From Minisyncoccia bacterium (GTDB taxonomy: Bacteria; Patescibacteriota; Minisyncoccia; Phycocordibacterales; UBA918): a stretch of 64,000 bases of DNA. The stretch lies in the NCBI GenBank assembly GCA_041750655.1, contig JBGSYZ010000017.1, positions 4,142 through 68,141 of the forward strand, given 5' to 3'. The notes beneath the pieces were generated by a model. It saw nothing but the letters and a program-made list of their open reading frames with translations, did no database searches and was not told the origin of the DNA. Made by a program: the position numbers and the translations under genes. Shown one piece after another: positions 20,011 to 31,849 of this stretch. Every line of letters begins with the position of its first letter. Within the stretch, counting starts at the first letter, position 1.

Positions 20011-20127
20011 ATCTTTTTTATAAAATATTAACTTAAGTTGAAAACACCACACTTTTAACCCACGAAACTGGTTATATACCAGCTTTTTTTATTGGTAAAT
20101 CAGCGTTATACTCAACTTTACGCCTTT

Positions 20128-21690
20128 ATGGAGGAGGATTCGCATTTACTAGAATACGCGCGCCGACCTGATTTTAAGGTTGGTCGAGCGACTGAGCTCT
20201 CGGGTAAAAACCGAGCCTTTTATCGTATGATGGAAATCCTACCTGGAGTGGCTTCTTGGGCGACTCTGATTGGGGTTATTCTCCTGTCTATTTATGCCCC
20301 CTTTGTGGCTGCGTACTTTGTTATCGCGTTTGCTATCTACTGGCTTCTTAAGACCGCTTTCCTGACTTTCCATCTCCGTTACAACTGGAAGCGGATGCGA
20401 CATCACATGAAGCTTGATTGGGGACAAATGATTGAGCGCTTTGAATATGGTCACTTATACCATATGGTGATTTTGCCGTACTATAAAGAACCCGAGTCAG
20501 TTATAGACGCCACTCTTACTTCTTTGGCCCACTCTAATTACGACAAAAAAAGTCTGATAGTGGTTTTGGCGTCTGAAGAACGAGCTGGAGAAGAAGCTCA
20601 ACAAATCGCTAAGACCATGAAACATAAATGGAATGATACCTTTGGTTCGTTCCTAGTGACTACTCATCCTCAAGATGTTCCGGGCGAAATGGCTGGTAAA
20701 GGTTCCAATGCTACGTACGCGGCCGAGCAAGCTAGAAAGGAGGTGCTTGATCCGCATGGTATTCGTTACAATCACACTCTGGTTTCTATTTTTGATATCG
20801 ACACTGTTTTGTACCCAGATTATTTCAACTGTTTGGTCTGGCACTTTATGACTGCCGAGCGTCCACTCAAAAGTTCGTTCCAACCAGTACCTGTGTTCAA
20901 CAACAACATTTGGGAAGCACCAGCCATCGCTCGAGTGGTAGCGATGAGTAGTACGTTTTGGGAGATGGTGCAACAAGAGCGTCCGGAACGGATGGCCACC
21001 TTTTCATCGCACTCAGTGAGTTTCCAAGCGTTGTACGAAGTAGGGTATTGGCAGAGCAATATGGTGAGTGAAGATTCTCGTATTTACTGGAACCTTCTTT
21101 TGGCCAATAATGGCGAATACGACGTGATTCCGCTTTCATACCCAGTGTCTATGGATGCCAACGCGGCTCCAACTCTGTGGGGTACGGTCAAAAATATTTA
21201 CCGTCAGCATCGTCGTTGGACCTATGGAGTCGAGAACTTTGTATACATTGTGTATCACTTCACCAAGAACAAAAAAATCCCATTGCGTCGCCGAATAGCT
21301 ATTACACTTCAGCAAGCAGAAGGGTACTGGAGTTTAGTGACCAATCCAATCATGCTTTTTATTTTAGGATGGGCTCCAATCTTTCTTGGTAGTCAGGAAT
21401 TTCATCAAACCGTATTGTCGTATAATTTACCAATCATGGTTCGTGATCTTTTGACACTTGCTATGTTTGGTTTGGTAGTGTCTTCGATTATTTCACTCAC
21501 CCTTATTCCACCTCGACCAAACCATAAAAGTCGTTTCATTTATTTGGTTATGGCATTGCAATGGATTTTGGTGCCAGTGACCATGATTATCTTCAGTGCC
21601 ATTCCGGGACTTGATGCTCAAACCAGACTGATGTTTGGTAAATATATGGGCTTCTGGGTAACGCCAAAAGCTAGAATAGATAGTAAATAA
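20128..21690 (+). CDS. Family 2 glycosyltransferase, multi-pass membrane protein
   Basis: PYYKE, GKGSN, FDID, SED, QHRRW processive GT2 motifs and flanking TM helices. Confidence 0.88.
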   Translation: MEEDSHLLEYARRPDFKVGRATELSGKNRAFYRMMEILPGVASWATLIGVILLSIYAPFVAAYFVIAFAIYWLLKTAFLTFHLRYNWKRMRHHMKLDWGQMIERFEYGHLYHMVILPYYKEPESVIDATLTSLAHSNYDKKSLIVVLASEERAGEEAQQIAKTMKHKWNDTFGSFLVTTHPQDVPGEMAGKGSNATYAAEQARKEVLDPHGIRYNHTLVSIFDIDTVLYPDYFNCLVWHFMTAERPLKSSFQPVPVFNNNIWEAPAIARVVAMSSTFWEMVQQERPERMATFSSHSVSFQALYEVGYWQSNMVSEDSRIYWNLLLANNGEYDVIPLSYPVSMDANAAPTLWGTVKNIYRQHRRWTYGVENFVYIVYHFTKNKKIPLRRRIAITLQQAEGYWSLVTNPIMLFILGWAPIFLGSQEFHQTVLSYNLPIMVRDLLTLAMFGLVVSSIISLTLIPPRPNHKSRFIYLVMALQWILVPVTMIIFSAIPGLDAQTRLMFGKYMGFWVTPKARIDSK

Positions 21691-21691
21691 T

Positions 21692-22852
21692 ATGCCAGCT
21701 GAACCACAGATAAAACCATTAGCATACAAGAAACGAAAATGGTTTTTTCGAGTGCTTATCTTGACCTTTGCGGTCATTATGCCGTTGGTGGTTTTTTATG
21801 CGACCGGCTACCGTTTTGATTTTTCCAAAGTATCTCCAAACATTATCAGTACTGGAGGAATGTATATTAGTGTGCCCGTTGATGGTGCTGATATTTATAT
21901 AAATGAAGAGCTGGTACGGGATATTCGAGTATTTCGCAGAGCCTCGTATATCGAAAATTTAAACGCAGGTATTCATCGGGTGCACGTACAAAGCGAAGGT
22001 TTACAAACGTGGGTGAAGGAGCTTCCGGTGCAATCACATATTGTGACTGAGGTTCAGTCATTTAATATGCCTGCCGTTCCCCAAATACGACTTATTGGAG
22101 GTTGGATCTCTGGAACAGGTAGACAAGTGTTTCCGAAGGTGGCCACCACCACTATTGCTCAAAAGTTTTCGTTCGCCTCAACCACTGAACAAGTGCTTGC
22201 CTCCACCACTATTGCTACCAGTACACTAACTGCTAATCAGGAGTATGATTTTGTTCGGTCACTTTTCGGTACCAGTACGGAGAGTGAAACGTTGGTCGAT
22301 AGAGTGGTTCAGGAAGTTAATAATGCCTTTGTGTTTACGGAAGGTGCTACTAGTACGGCCACAGCTACACCAACAACGACAGTTATCAATCGAGACATGA
22401 AGCTGTATGAAGATAACGGTGAAGTATATGCTTCTTGGCTGGGTAGAGAGAGTGATATCCCGTATTACTTCTGTGTAAATTACCAGGCAGCTTCAAGCAC
22501 TGTCAGTCAGTATGGTGAACATGTGTACGAGGGGGTGGCTACCGTATTAGCTACTATGCCGATTACTGAAACTCAGAATATTTCCGGTAGAATTTGCCGT
22601 GATACTATTCGGATTGATAGAAAAGGCAAAGAGGTAAAAATGTTTGATTTCTTTCCTAACAGTACTGATTTAGTGTTGCTCCTCTTAGACGATGGTTTAT
22701 ACGTAACCGAGATAGACGATCGGGCGTGGCAAAATGTACAGTTACTATATCCAGGAACAGATATCGACGTTCGGGTTTCGAGTGGTCGAATTTATGTTAA
22801 AGATGATGTTTATCTAATGGAGGTGTTTACTGAGCTGGCGGTCCAACAATAA
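21692..22852 (+). CDS. Membrane-anchored PEGA-domain-like protein
   Basis: TM then YATGYRFD...TGGMYIS.P.GADIYIN PEGA-like pattern. Confidence 0.7.
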   Translation: MPAEPQIKPLAYKKRKWFFRVLILTFAVIMPLVVFYATGYRFDFSKVSPNIISTGGMYISVPVDGADIYINEELVRDIRVFRRASYIENLNAGIHRVHVQSEGLQTWVKELPVQSHIVTEVQSFNMPAVPQIRLIGGWISGTGRQVFPKVATTTIAQKFSFASTTEQVLASTTIATSTLTANQEYDFVRSLFGTSTESETLVDRVVQEVNNAFVFTEGATSTATATPTTTVINRDMKLYEDNGEVYASWLGRESDIPYYFCVNYQAASSTVSQYGEHVYEGVATVLATMPITETQNISGRICRDTIRIDRKGKEVKMFDFFPNSTDLVLLLLDDGLYVTEIDDRAWQNVQLLYPGTDIDVRVSSGRIYVKDDVYLMEVFTELAVQQ

Positions 22853-22871
22853 TTTGTTAGTATAGGTTTTT

Positions 22872-23600
22872 ATGTCAGCCGAAATACCAAAAGGACACAA
22901 ACATCCGCTTACGCGTATGATTGCCGAAATCAATGCTATTTTTGCGGAGATTGGTTTTGTGTTTGCGGAAGGTCCAGAAGTTGAAACCGAACACTATAAT
23001 TTTGATCGGCTGAACGTACCGAAAGATCATCCAAGCCGGGATATGCAGGATACATTTTGGTTTAAGGATAAAGATGTATCTGAGCCAACGGTTCTCCGGA
23101 CTCACACTTCTCCGGTGCAGGCTCGGTACATGGAAAGCCACGAGCCACCAATTCGCGTGATTGTGCCCGGTAAAGCCTTTCGAAACGAAGCTACTGATGC
23201 TACCCACGAAGCCCAGTTTCATCAACTGGAAGGTCTGTATGTCGACAAAGGAGTAAACATGGGACACCTCAAAGGTACTATAGAATATTTTTTTGAAAAA
23301 TTTTTAGGCGGTGACGTAGAAATCCGTTTCCGGCCTGGCTATTTTCCGTTTGTAGAGCCGGGAGTAGAGGTAGATATGAAATTGCTCTCAGGTGATTCAA
23401 AATTGGTTGGAAAATGGATAGAGATAATGGGAGCCGGTATGGTTCACCCCAATGTGCTGTCCGGTTCAGGAATTGACCCCAAAGAATATTCAGGGTTTGC
23501 CTTTGGAATGGGTATTGATCGCTTGGCCGTGATGAAATACGGCATCAATGACATCCGTGATTTGTACACTGGTGACTTACGTTTCGTAAGCCAGTTTTAA
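22872..23600 (+). CDS. pheS: Phenylalanine-tRNA ligase alpha subunit (N-terminally shortened)
   Basis: GHKHP, HPSRDMQDTF, LRTHTS, FPFVEP, GFAFGMG. Confidence 0.97.
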   Translation: MSAEIPKGHKHPLTRMIAEINAIFAEIGFVFAEGPEVETEHYNFDRLNVPKDHPSRDMQDTFWFKDKDVSEPTVLRTHTSPVQARYMESHEPPIRVIVPGKAFRNEATDATHEAQFHQLEGLYVDKGVNMGHLKGTIEYFFEKFLGGDVEIRFRPGYFPFVEPGVEVDMKLLSGDSKLVGKWIEIMGAGMVHPNVLSGSGIDPKEYSGFAFGMGIDRLAVMKYGINDIRDLYTGDLRFVSQF

Positions 23601-23608
23601 TTTTTGAT

Positions 23609-25594
23609 ATGAAAGTTTCTTACAATTGGTTAAAAGAATATACTGGTGACACGACTAAAAATGTTGAAGAGGCAGCGGCTCTTTTAGGTGTACATTCTTT
23701 TGAAATTGATGGACTGGAGGTAGGGAAGGATGATTCAGTAATTGATATCGATGTCACTCCGAATCGCGCTTCAGATTGTCTGTGTCATCGCGGTATTGCT
23801 CATGAACTAGCCGCTATCACTAATGTGCCTCTTGTTATAGATTCTTTGGCAGAGACACCCCATCTGACCAGCACAAATGTAATCGAAGTAGATATTGAGG
23901 ACAGCAAAGCGTGTCCGCGCTTTACGGCGTCTCTCATTACCGGAATAGAAATAAAAGAATCACCAGACTGGCTGAAAGATCGTCTCAGGACTATCGGTCA
24001 ACGACCAATTAACAATATTGTCGATGCTACCAATTATGTCATGTTTGCTATGGGGCAGCCGCTGCATGCCTACGATGCTGATTTGTTTCCACAAGTAAAT
24101 GGTACGTGGCGTTTTGGTGTGCGATACGCCACTGAAGGCGAGAGTGTGAGTTTGATTGCTGAAGGTGGTAAGGAGGAAGATAGAATTGTGGAACTGACCG
24201 GGACTGAACTTTTGATTGTCGATAAGTCTTCAAATACACCAATTGGTTTGGCGGGGGTGAAAGGCGGGCGGTTTGCGGGTGTACACGTTGGTACGACTAA
24301 AGTAATCATCGAGGCAGCTCATTTCCATCCGACCATCACCCGCAAAACCGCCCGCCGCCTCGGCATCGTCATCGACGCCAGTAAGCGTTTTGAAAACGAA
24401 CCGCCGCGTGAGTTGCCGCCGTACGCCCAGAGCGACATAATCAAACTAATTTTGGATATTGCTGGTGGGGTCTATGAAGGAACTCATGATACGTATTTAG
24501 AAAAACAGTTGGAAACAAAAGTAGAAATTTCTCCCACTCGAGTTAATGCTCTCTTAGGTTTAGCTTTAGAAACAGACGAAATGCTAGACATACTGAAACG
24601 TCTGGGCTGTCATACAGAGCTGTCAGGTGAGAATATTATTTCGACTGGTCCGTTTGAACGAACTGATCTTAAAATAGAAGAAGACTACATAGAAGAAATA
24701 GGTCGTATTCATGGGTATTCTGATATCAAATCAGTCCTGCCTGAGATTGTTCCACTTACTGAAATAAACAAACGTCATTATTACTCTGAAATTATTCGCG
24801 ATATTTTAGTAAAAGCCGGATTTTCAGAAGTGATAACTTCTTCGTTTCGCAATAAGGACATGGTTCAGCTCATGAATGCCTTAGCGAGTGATAAGAGTTA
24901 TATGCGTTCCAGTCTCAGTAATAGTATCGCTGAAGTTCTGGATAAAAACGCTGGCTTCACCGATTTGCTGGGTACCGTCGACACGAGGGTATTTGAAATC
25001 GGTACAGTTTTTACACCAAAAGACGGCGGAAACATAACCGAACACGTATCACTAGCAATCGGGATTCGTCTTAAGCAAGCTGGCTACTCTGGTAAAGAAG
25101 ACCGACCATTAGATGAGGTATTACGTCTTTTGAGTCAAAAGCTCGGAGTGCCGTTTGGAGCAATTGCCCAAGGTGGGGAAAAGAAAGTCACAGAGGAAGG
25201 AAAAGTGTTTGTATACAAACAGGGTGTGGTAGAAATTAATCTAACGGAACTTCTACGATCATTGCCTGACCCGAAAGAATACGAGTCAGTAGAAGTGGGG
25301 GAAGAAATTGTCTATAAACCTTTTTCAGTGTATCCAGCTATGAGTCGAGACATTGCCTTGTGGACTACCGATGGGACAACAGCGGCCGCTGTCGAAAAAG
25401 TATTAAATGAAAATGCTGGTGAATTGCGTGTACGTACCACTCTCTTTGATGAATTTACCAAAGACGGTAAAACATCGTTTGCGTTTCGACTGGTGTTTCA
25501 AGCGTATGACCGAACTCTGACCGACACTGAAGTTAATGACATTATGAAAAAAATAAACGCCGCAGTTGCGGCGCTTAAATGGGAAGTTAGATAG
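23609..25594 (+). CDS. pheT: Phenylalanine-tRNA ligase beta subunit (lacks B2 OB domain)
   Basis: TPNRASD, INNIVDATNY, GQPLHAYD, RTLTD FDX-ACB end. Confidence 0.96.
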   Translation: MKVSYNWLKEYTGDTTKNVEEAAALLGVHSFEIDGLEVGKDDSVIDIDVTPNRASDCLCHRGIAHELAAITNVPLVIDSLAETPHLTSTNVIEVDIEDSKACPRFTASLITGIEIKESPDWLKDRLRTIGQRPINNIVDATNYVMFAMGQPLHAYDADLFPQVNGTWRFGVRYATEGESVSLIAEGGKEEDRIVELTGTELLIVDKSSNTPIGLAGVKGGRFAGVHVGTTKVIIEAAHFHPTITRKTARRLGIVIDASKRFENEPPRELPPYAQSDIIKLILDIAGGVYEGTHDTYLEKQLETKVEISPTRVNALLGLALETDEMLDILKRLGCHTELSGENIISTGPFERTDLKIEEDYIEEIGRIHGYSDIKSVLPEIVPLTEINKRHYYSEIIRDILVKAGFSEVITSSFRNKDMVQLMNALASDKSYMRSSLSNSIAEVLDKNAGFTDLLGTVDTRVFEIGTVFTPKDGGNITEHVSLAIGIRLKQAGYSGKEDRPLDEVLRLLSQKLGVPFGAIAQGGEKKVTEEGKVFVYKQGVVEINLTELLRSLPDPKEYESVEVGEEIVYKPFSVYPAMSRDIALWTTDGTTAAAVEKVLNENAGELRVRTTLFDEFTKDGKTSFAFRLVFQAYDRTLTDTEVNDIMKKINAAVAALKWEVR

Positions 25595-25654
25595 TGCCGG
25601 GGGCACTATCTAAAGGGTTGCCAGCTGCGCAGCAGCGACAACCCGTACAGCTCC
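25588..25654. repeat. Short palindromes after pheT (REP-like/terminator)
   Basis: TAGATAGTGCC/GGCACTATCTA and GGGTTG...CAACCC hairpins. Confidence 0.55.
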
Positions 25655-25681
25655 TGTAAGGAGAGGTAGTGCCGGGTAAAG

Positions 25682-25912
25682 CTAAGTAACTTGTTGAAAT
25701 TTCGTCACTGTCAGAGTAATAGTTGGGTCATGAAATTGAGACATGCTAACAATTTCTTGCATAAGTTTCTCTGTGTATAAAACAGGGAACCTTGAAAATT
25801 CAATACAGTAGTCAACCCCAGACTTTTCAAGCTTACAGGAGTAGCCTTCTGTGCCTTCGTCGGTTACGGCATAAATGGCATATAGTATTTGCGATGGCAT
25901 CTTTTCCTCCAT
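25682..25912 (-). CDS. Small orphan protein
   Basis: 76-aa ORF; GGAGG precedes internal ATG (MPSQ); TTGTAT-17-TAGATT upstream. Confidence 0.55.
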   Translation of the reverse strand: MEEKMPSQILYAIYAVTDEGTEGYSCKLEKSGVDYCIEFSRFPVLYTEKLMQEIVSMSQFHDPTITLTVTKFQQVT

Positions 25913-26116
25913 TTCTATCTACCCGAAATCTATCACTCAGTACTAAAATATACAAGGATATAGCAGCCTAAAACACCCTCTAATTACACCCCAAAATCGC
26001 TAATTTTCCACAGGATTTTAGCCGTATTTACTGCTATAATAGAGGTAATTATGGCAACCATAAATGAATGAATGAGCGCAAGCGATTATCGTGAATTTAG
26101 ATCCCAATTTCTTTAA

Positions 26117-28294
<2,178 letters not shown>

Positions 28295-28297
<3 letters not shown>

Positions 28298-28413
28298 GCG
28301 CCATTTTTGGCGATTAGCTTCAGGAATTTTCAAAAATTCTCAGTCACGGTAGCGACCTACCGCTTCCTCGCATTTTCTCAATTCCTTCGCTACTCATCCA
28401 AAAATGAAGCTTA
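28295..28413. repeat. Long imperfect palindrome bounded by TA (copy 2)
   Basis: CTAAGC/GCTTAG, CATTTTTGG/CCAAAAATG, AGGAATT/AATTCCT, CGGTAG/CTACCG arms. Confidence 0.7.
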
Positions 28414-28423
28414 GATAAAATTT

Positions 28424-28452
28424 AACCCCGCGCGGAATTCCGCGCGGGGTTT
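28424..28452. terminator. Bidirectional terminator
   Basis: AACCCCGCGCGGAATTCCGCGCGGGGTT palindrome. Confidence 0.85.
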
Positions 28453-28456
28453 TGGT

Positions 28457-28945
28457 TTAAAGAAGAGGTACGTCTTGCCAGACATGATAGCCTAGCGTAC
28501 CTCTACCAATGACTTCAATAGGAATTTGATTACCATTGGAATCAAAACCCACAAACACAACTGGCTCTGGTCTTTCGAGTACTCGCACTTGTCCTACAGA
28601 AGGAAGGCGAGAGACTTCAGATACACCACCATCTACCCAGCCGATGTAAAATCTTGCTTGCGGGTTGTTCCGCGGCTGTAAAACTAGGTAATGGTTCCAA
28701 CCAAACGGAGGTGGCAAATGGCGTTTGAGACCACCGGCTGAAGGAGAGTTTTTGTTCCCTTCGCTTAAAACGGCTATTGATTCGTCGTAGTCAAAATTAC
28801 CTTTCCAATTATTCCAGTAATGAGTTCGTTGAGTAGACTCCTGTGGGTGACCAGCGATGATCATGATGAATTTCATTATTGGAATCATCAGGAGATCAGC
28901 TAGCTTTTCGTACCAACGCAGTGGCTGGATGTGAACCTTGGCCAT
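28457..28945 (-). CDS. Orphan protein with own promoter and strong SD
   Basis: 162-aa ORF, AAGGGAGG 5 nt before ATG, TTGACA-16-TAAAAT upstream. Confidence 0.75.
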   Translation of the reverse strand: MAKVHIQPLRWYEKLADLLMIPIMKFIMIIAGHPQESTQRTHYWNNWKGNFDYDESIAVLSEGNKNSPSAGGLKRHLPPPFGWNHYLVLQPRNNPQARFYIGWVDGGVSEVSRLPSVGQVRVLERPEPVVFVGFDSNGNQIPIEVIGRGTLGYHVWQDVPLL

Positions 28946-28971
28946 GGAGACCTCCCTTCTTTGCTAACTAT

Positions 28972-28999
28972 ATTTTACAATAAATAAAAATTATGTCAA
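28972..28999 (-). promoter_or_regulatory. Promoter of orphan gene
   Basis: TTGACA-16 bp-TAAAAT. Confidence 0.75.
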
Positions 29000-29034
29000 A
29001 CAAAAGCGGCGGCCCGCAGGGCCGCCGCTTTTGT
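29000..29034 (-). terminator. Intrinsic terminator
   Basis: ACAAAAGCGGCGGCCC-gca-GGGCCGCCGCTTTTGT. Confidence 0.9.
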
Positions 29035-29054
29035 CTTAAATAGTTTTGGAAAAA

Positions 29055-30104
29055 TTAATTGGTCACAGTGACCGACCAAGAGAAGTCATTGTTTGTGGTA
29101 TTGCGATCATTAGCTACTTTTACGTCGCCTTTAATTGATTTTGTACCAGTATCAGTGGTATCAAAACCAAGAACGATAGTGGCAGTTTCGTTTGGTTTAA
29201 GACCGACTTGCTTTGGAGACTCGTACGTAGAACCATTTGGCATATCTACTTCATATGTCCAGTCAGCAGATGTCTTGGTACCGATGTTAGTTACAGAGAA
29301 TTTCAGTGCACCACGAGTATCATTGTCGATAGTGGCCCGAGGAGTGAAAATATTGTTACTACTTAATTCACCGACACCAAGATACGTGGCTTTCAGGTCC
29401 ACAAACCCGTTTGGGTTTGATTTAGGTAGCTCGTAGGTGAATTGATATTGCGGTTTTGGGGCTGGAGCTGGTGTGCTTGGTGTTGTAACCACTGGTTTGT
29501 TTGGAACTGGTGTTTCTGTTTCAGAAACAACCACTTCTTCATTGTTGTCGTTTTTGTCGTCTTCGACACCAGCCACAATACCTCCTTGGGGAATAGTAGC
29601 GTTTACTACGGTGAACTTATCAGAATCAGCCACTGCAATTTCTCGTGCACCTTCATCAGTAAAGGTTACGGTATAAGAAACATCAATAAACCGCAGGGTG
29701 TCAGACTTTACTTGTAGTTGAGTTTCACCTTTACCAGAAAGAGGGAAAGGTTGACCACAGGCAGCCGGAACCATAGAGCCATCCTTACTCTGTACTAGGA
29801 CATCAACTCCATCAGTACATTCATACATAAAGCGGTATTCACCAGGACGATCTACTGTACTCCAACGAAGAGCGAACGTTTCAGCGTTGTTAACAACTGA
29901 TTTACTAGTAACAACTGTGATTTCGTCAGTACTTGGCTTTCCGTAGACACTCTCTGATAAAGAGGCTAGGGAACTAAAAGCACTTGGAGCTAACTGCACT
30001 ACTTGTACAGCCAGCCATACTCCTAAAACGATAGTGGCGGTGAAGCCAATTATTGCTAATGTCTTGATGGCGCTATCTTTACGCTGATTATTTTCTCCGT
30101 TCAT
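29055..30104 (-). CDS. Membrane-anchored surface protein with C-terminal CARDB/Ig-like domain
   Basis: N-terminal TM, Pro/Thr linker, VDL...FSVTNIGTKTS...LKPNE...DRNTTNN. Confidence 0.75.
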   Translation of the reverse strand: MNGENNQRKDSAIKTLAIIGFTATIVLGVWLAVQVVQLAPSAFSSLASLSESVYGKPSTDEITVVTSKSVVNNAETFALRWSTVDRPGEYRFMYECTDGVDVLVQSKDGSMVPAACGQPFPLSGKGETQLQVKSDTLRFIDVSYTVTFTDEGAREIAVADSDKFTVVNATIPQGGIVAGVEDDKNDNNEEVVVSETETPVPNKPVVTTPSTPAPAPKPQYQFTYELPKSNPNGFVDLKATYLGVGELSSNNIFTPRATIDNDTRGALKFSVTNIGTKTSADWTYEVDMPNGSTYESPKQVGLKPNETATIVLGFDTTDTGTKSIKGDVKVANDRNTTNNDFSWSVTVTN

Positions 30105-30113
30105 AATGGCAGG

Positions 30114-30228
30114 ATATTACCATGGTTGATAAATTTGTCAATACACCTCTGTGACCATCAATGCTATAACATCTTTACGAACAGACAATATGGTTAAGTA
30201 TTGACATTATATTTATATAATGTATAAT
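30114..30228. promoter_or_regulatory. Divergent promoters of CARDB gene and sortase
   Basis: Minus: TTGACA-16-TAATAT (30141-30114); plus: TTGACA-16-TATAAT (30201-30228). Confidence 0.75.
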
Positions 30229-30240
30229 TGCGCTCACTAT

Positions 30241-30927
30241 ATGATCACATTTGAACAGATTTATATCAATATTTCTCGCCACAAAATGGCTTTTTTTGGG
30301 GTTTTTTTCCTGGTTTCTCTGGTGACATATGCTATTTTGTTTGCCTTAGATTTCTACCCAGAACCAAAAACTGAAGAAGTAACAAAAGAAATAGTTTCTG
30401 AGGTTACGTCTCTCGGATACTTACACGATGTACAAACTGATACTGAGAAACAACCAGTTGAAACAAAAGACATTGTTCCGGTTGGTGATGAATTACCAGC
30501 TCGAATCATTATTCCTAAAAGCGACATTGATATAACAGTATTAAATCCAGAATCATTAGATTTAAATGATTTAGATACTGCTCTGTTAGAAGGTGTGGTC
30601 CGACACCCACAGTCAGCAGATTTTGCTGATGAAGGGAATATTCTTATATTTGGACATTCCAGCTACTTACCAACTGTATTTAACAAAAATTTTCAGGCCT
30701 TCAACGGCATACAAAATTTATTGTGGGGTGATGAAATTACTTTAGTTTCTCAAGATGGAATCGAATACAAGTATCGAGTAAACCGCGTATACAAGGTAAA
30801 GGCGAGCGAAACCATTATTGATAATGCTCGTGGTACAGCCAAGCTCACGATTGTGACGTGCAACAGCTTTGGTTCAAAGGATGACAGGTTTATTGTTGAA
30901 GCTTTGTTAGTTGAGAAAAATACCTAA
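30241..30927 (+). CDS. Sortase
   Basis: N-terminal TM, GN..IFGH (His), LTIVTC (Cys), DRFIV (Arg) catalytic triad. Confidence 0.92.
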   Translation: MITFEQIYINISRHKMAFFGVFFLVSLVTYAILFALDFYPEPKTEEVTKEIVSEVTSLGYLHDVQTDTEKQPVETKDIVPVGDELPARIIIPKSDIDITVLNPESLDLNDLDTALLEGVVRHPQSADFADEGNILIFGHSSYLPTVFNKNFQAFNGIQNLLWGDEITLVSQDGIEYKYRVNRVYKVKASETIIDNARGTAKLTIVTCNSFGSKDDRFIVEALLVEKNT

Positions 30928-30930
30928 GGA

Positions 30931-30980
30931 TTGTGCGGGCTGATTTGTGGCTAGGGAAAGCCACAAATCAGCCCGCACAA
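30931..30980. terminator. 22-bp perfect inverted repeat after sortase
   Basis: TTGTGCGGGCTGATTTGTGGCT-agggaa-AGCCACAAATCAGCCCGCACAA. Confidence 0.75.
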
Positions 30981-31023
30981 TAATGTGTAGGTATGATAGC
31001 TCTTTGAGAAGGAGGGGCGTCAA

Positions 31024-31551
31024 ATGCTCACTACATTGCGATTTCTGGCGCTTTTCGCGCTTTTCGGTATTACCGCCTGTGTGGCAACTGAGCCACATGG
31101 TGCACCACCAGCTTATCCGCCAGAGGTAAGACAGAGCACAGCCGGTGGTGTGGTTGTGATTGAATTGACTGACATCAATGGCACACGATTGAGCTCAAAT
31201 ACTCACCGGTGTGATGTCTACGTCGGCATTCCAAACTCGCTTAACTGGCAATATGCTTTCGGCAGTTTTACGCCGAATAGGCGAGAGCTTCGGCTCAACT
31301 CACGTCAGTGGGAGATCGCCCGTAGCGAAACAAGGTTGGTGGCCACTTTCGAAGTGACTCAGTCTTATGGCCGACGTTACGAACAGCGTGAATTCACGAT
31401 GTGGTTTGCTCCGGGAACCAACTACGCAGAAGTACAAGTCCGTTTGCCGGCGTGGTGTCGCCGCCCGTTAAATCGTGGGAGGTACAACCCCTACGATGAT
31501 TTTCACATCGATGGGAAGTTCCCGTACGAACGGGAACAGCCTGATTGGTGA
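31024..31551 (+). CDS. Orphan putative lipoprotein
   Basis: AAGGAGG SD; signal peptide ending ITA|C. Confidence 0.75.
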   Translation: MLTTLRFLALFALFGITACVATEPHGAPPAYPPEVRQSTAGGVVVIELTDINGTRLSSNTHRCDVYVGIPNSLNWQYAFGSFTPNRRELRLNSRQWEIARSETRLVATFEVTQSYGRRYEQREFTMWFAPGTNYAEVQVRLPAWCRRPLNRGRYNPYDDFHIDGKFPYEREQPDW

Positions 31552-31620
31552 TATTGAAAACAGGGAAGTGGCGCGGGACTTCATCCCGCGCCGACCCTAA
31601 TATTAGCTATACTTAAAACA

Positions 31621-31649
31621 TTGACATTTTTCAATAAATGGTGTAAAAT
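31621..31649 (+). promoter_or_regulatory. Promoter of orphan gene pair
   Basis: TTGACA-17 bp-TAAAAT. Confidence 0.75.
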
Positions 31650-31849
31650 AAAAATAAGTGTAGCTCTCCAGTTTTTTAAAATAATTAAATTAAAGTAACA
31701 AATTCGCTCGTGTTTTGAGCTGTCTTTTTTGTAATCAAAGAGTATATTACAAAGCAGAAAGCTCGCCGCACATGAAGTGCGCAGCCTCCGCGGCCGCGTA
31801 CTGCGGAGGGAGAAATTTGAACATTCACACAACAAAGAAAGGGTACGTC

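Noticed and set aside
26051-26071. Six-codon uORF with GAGGT in the gyrB leader
   Set aside because: Too short to support without conservation data
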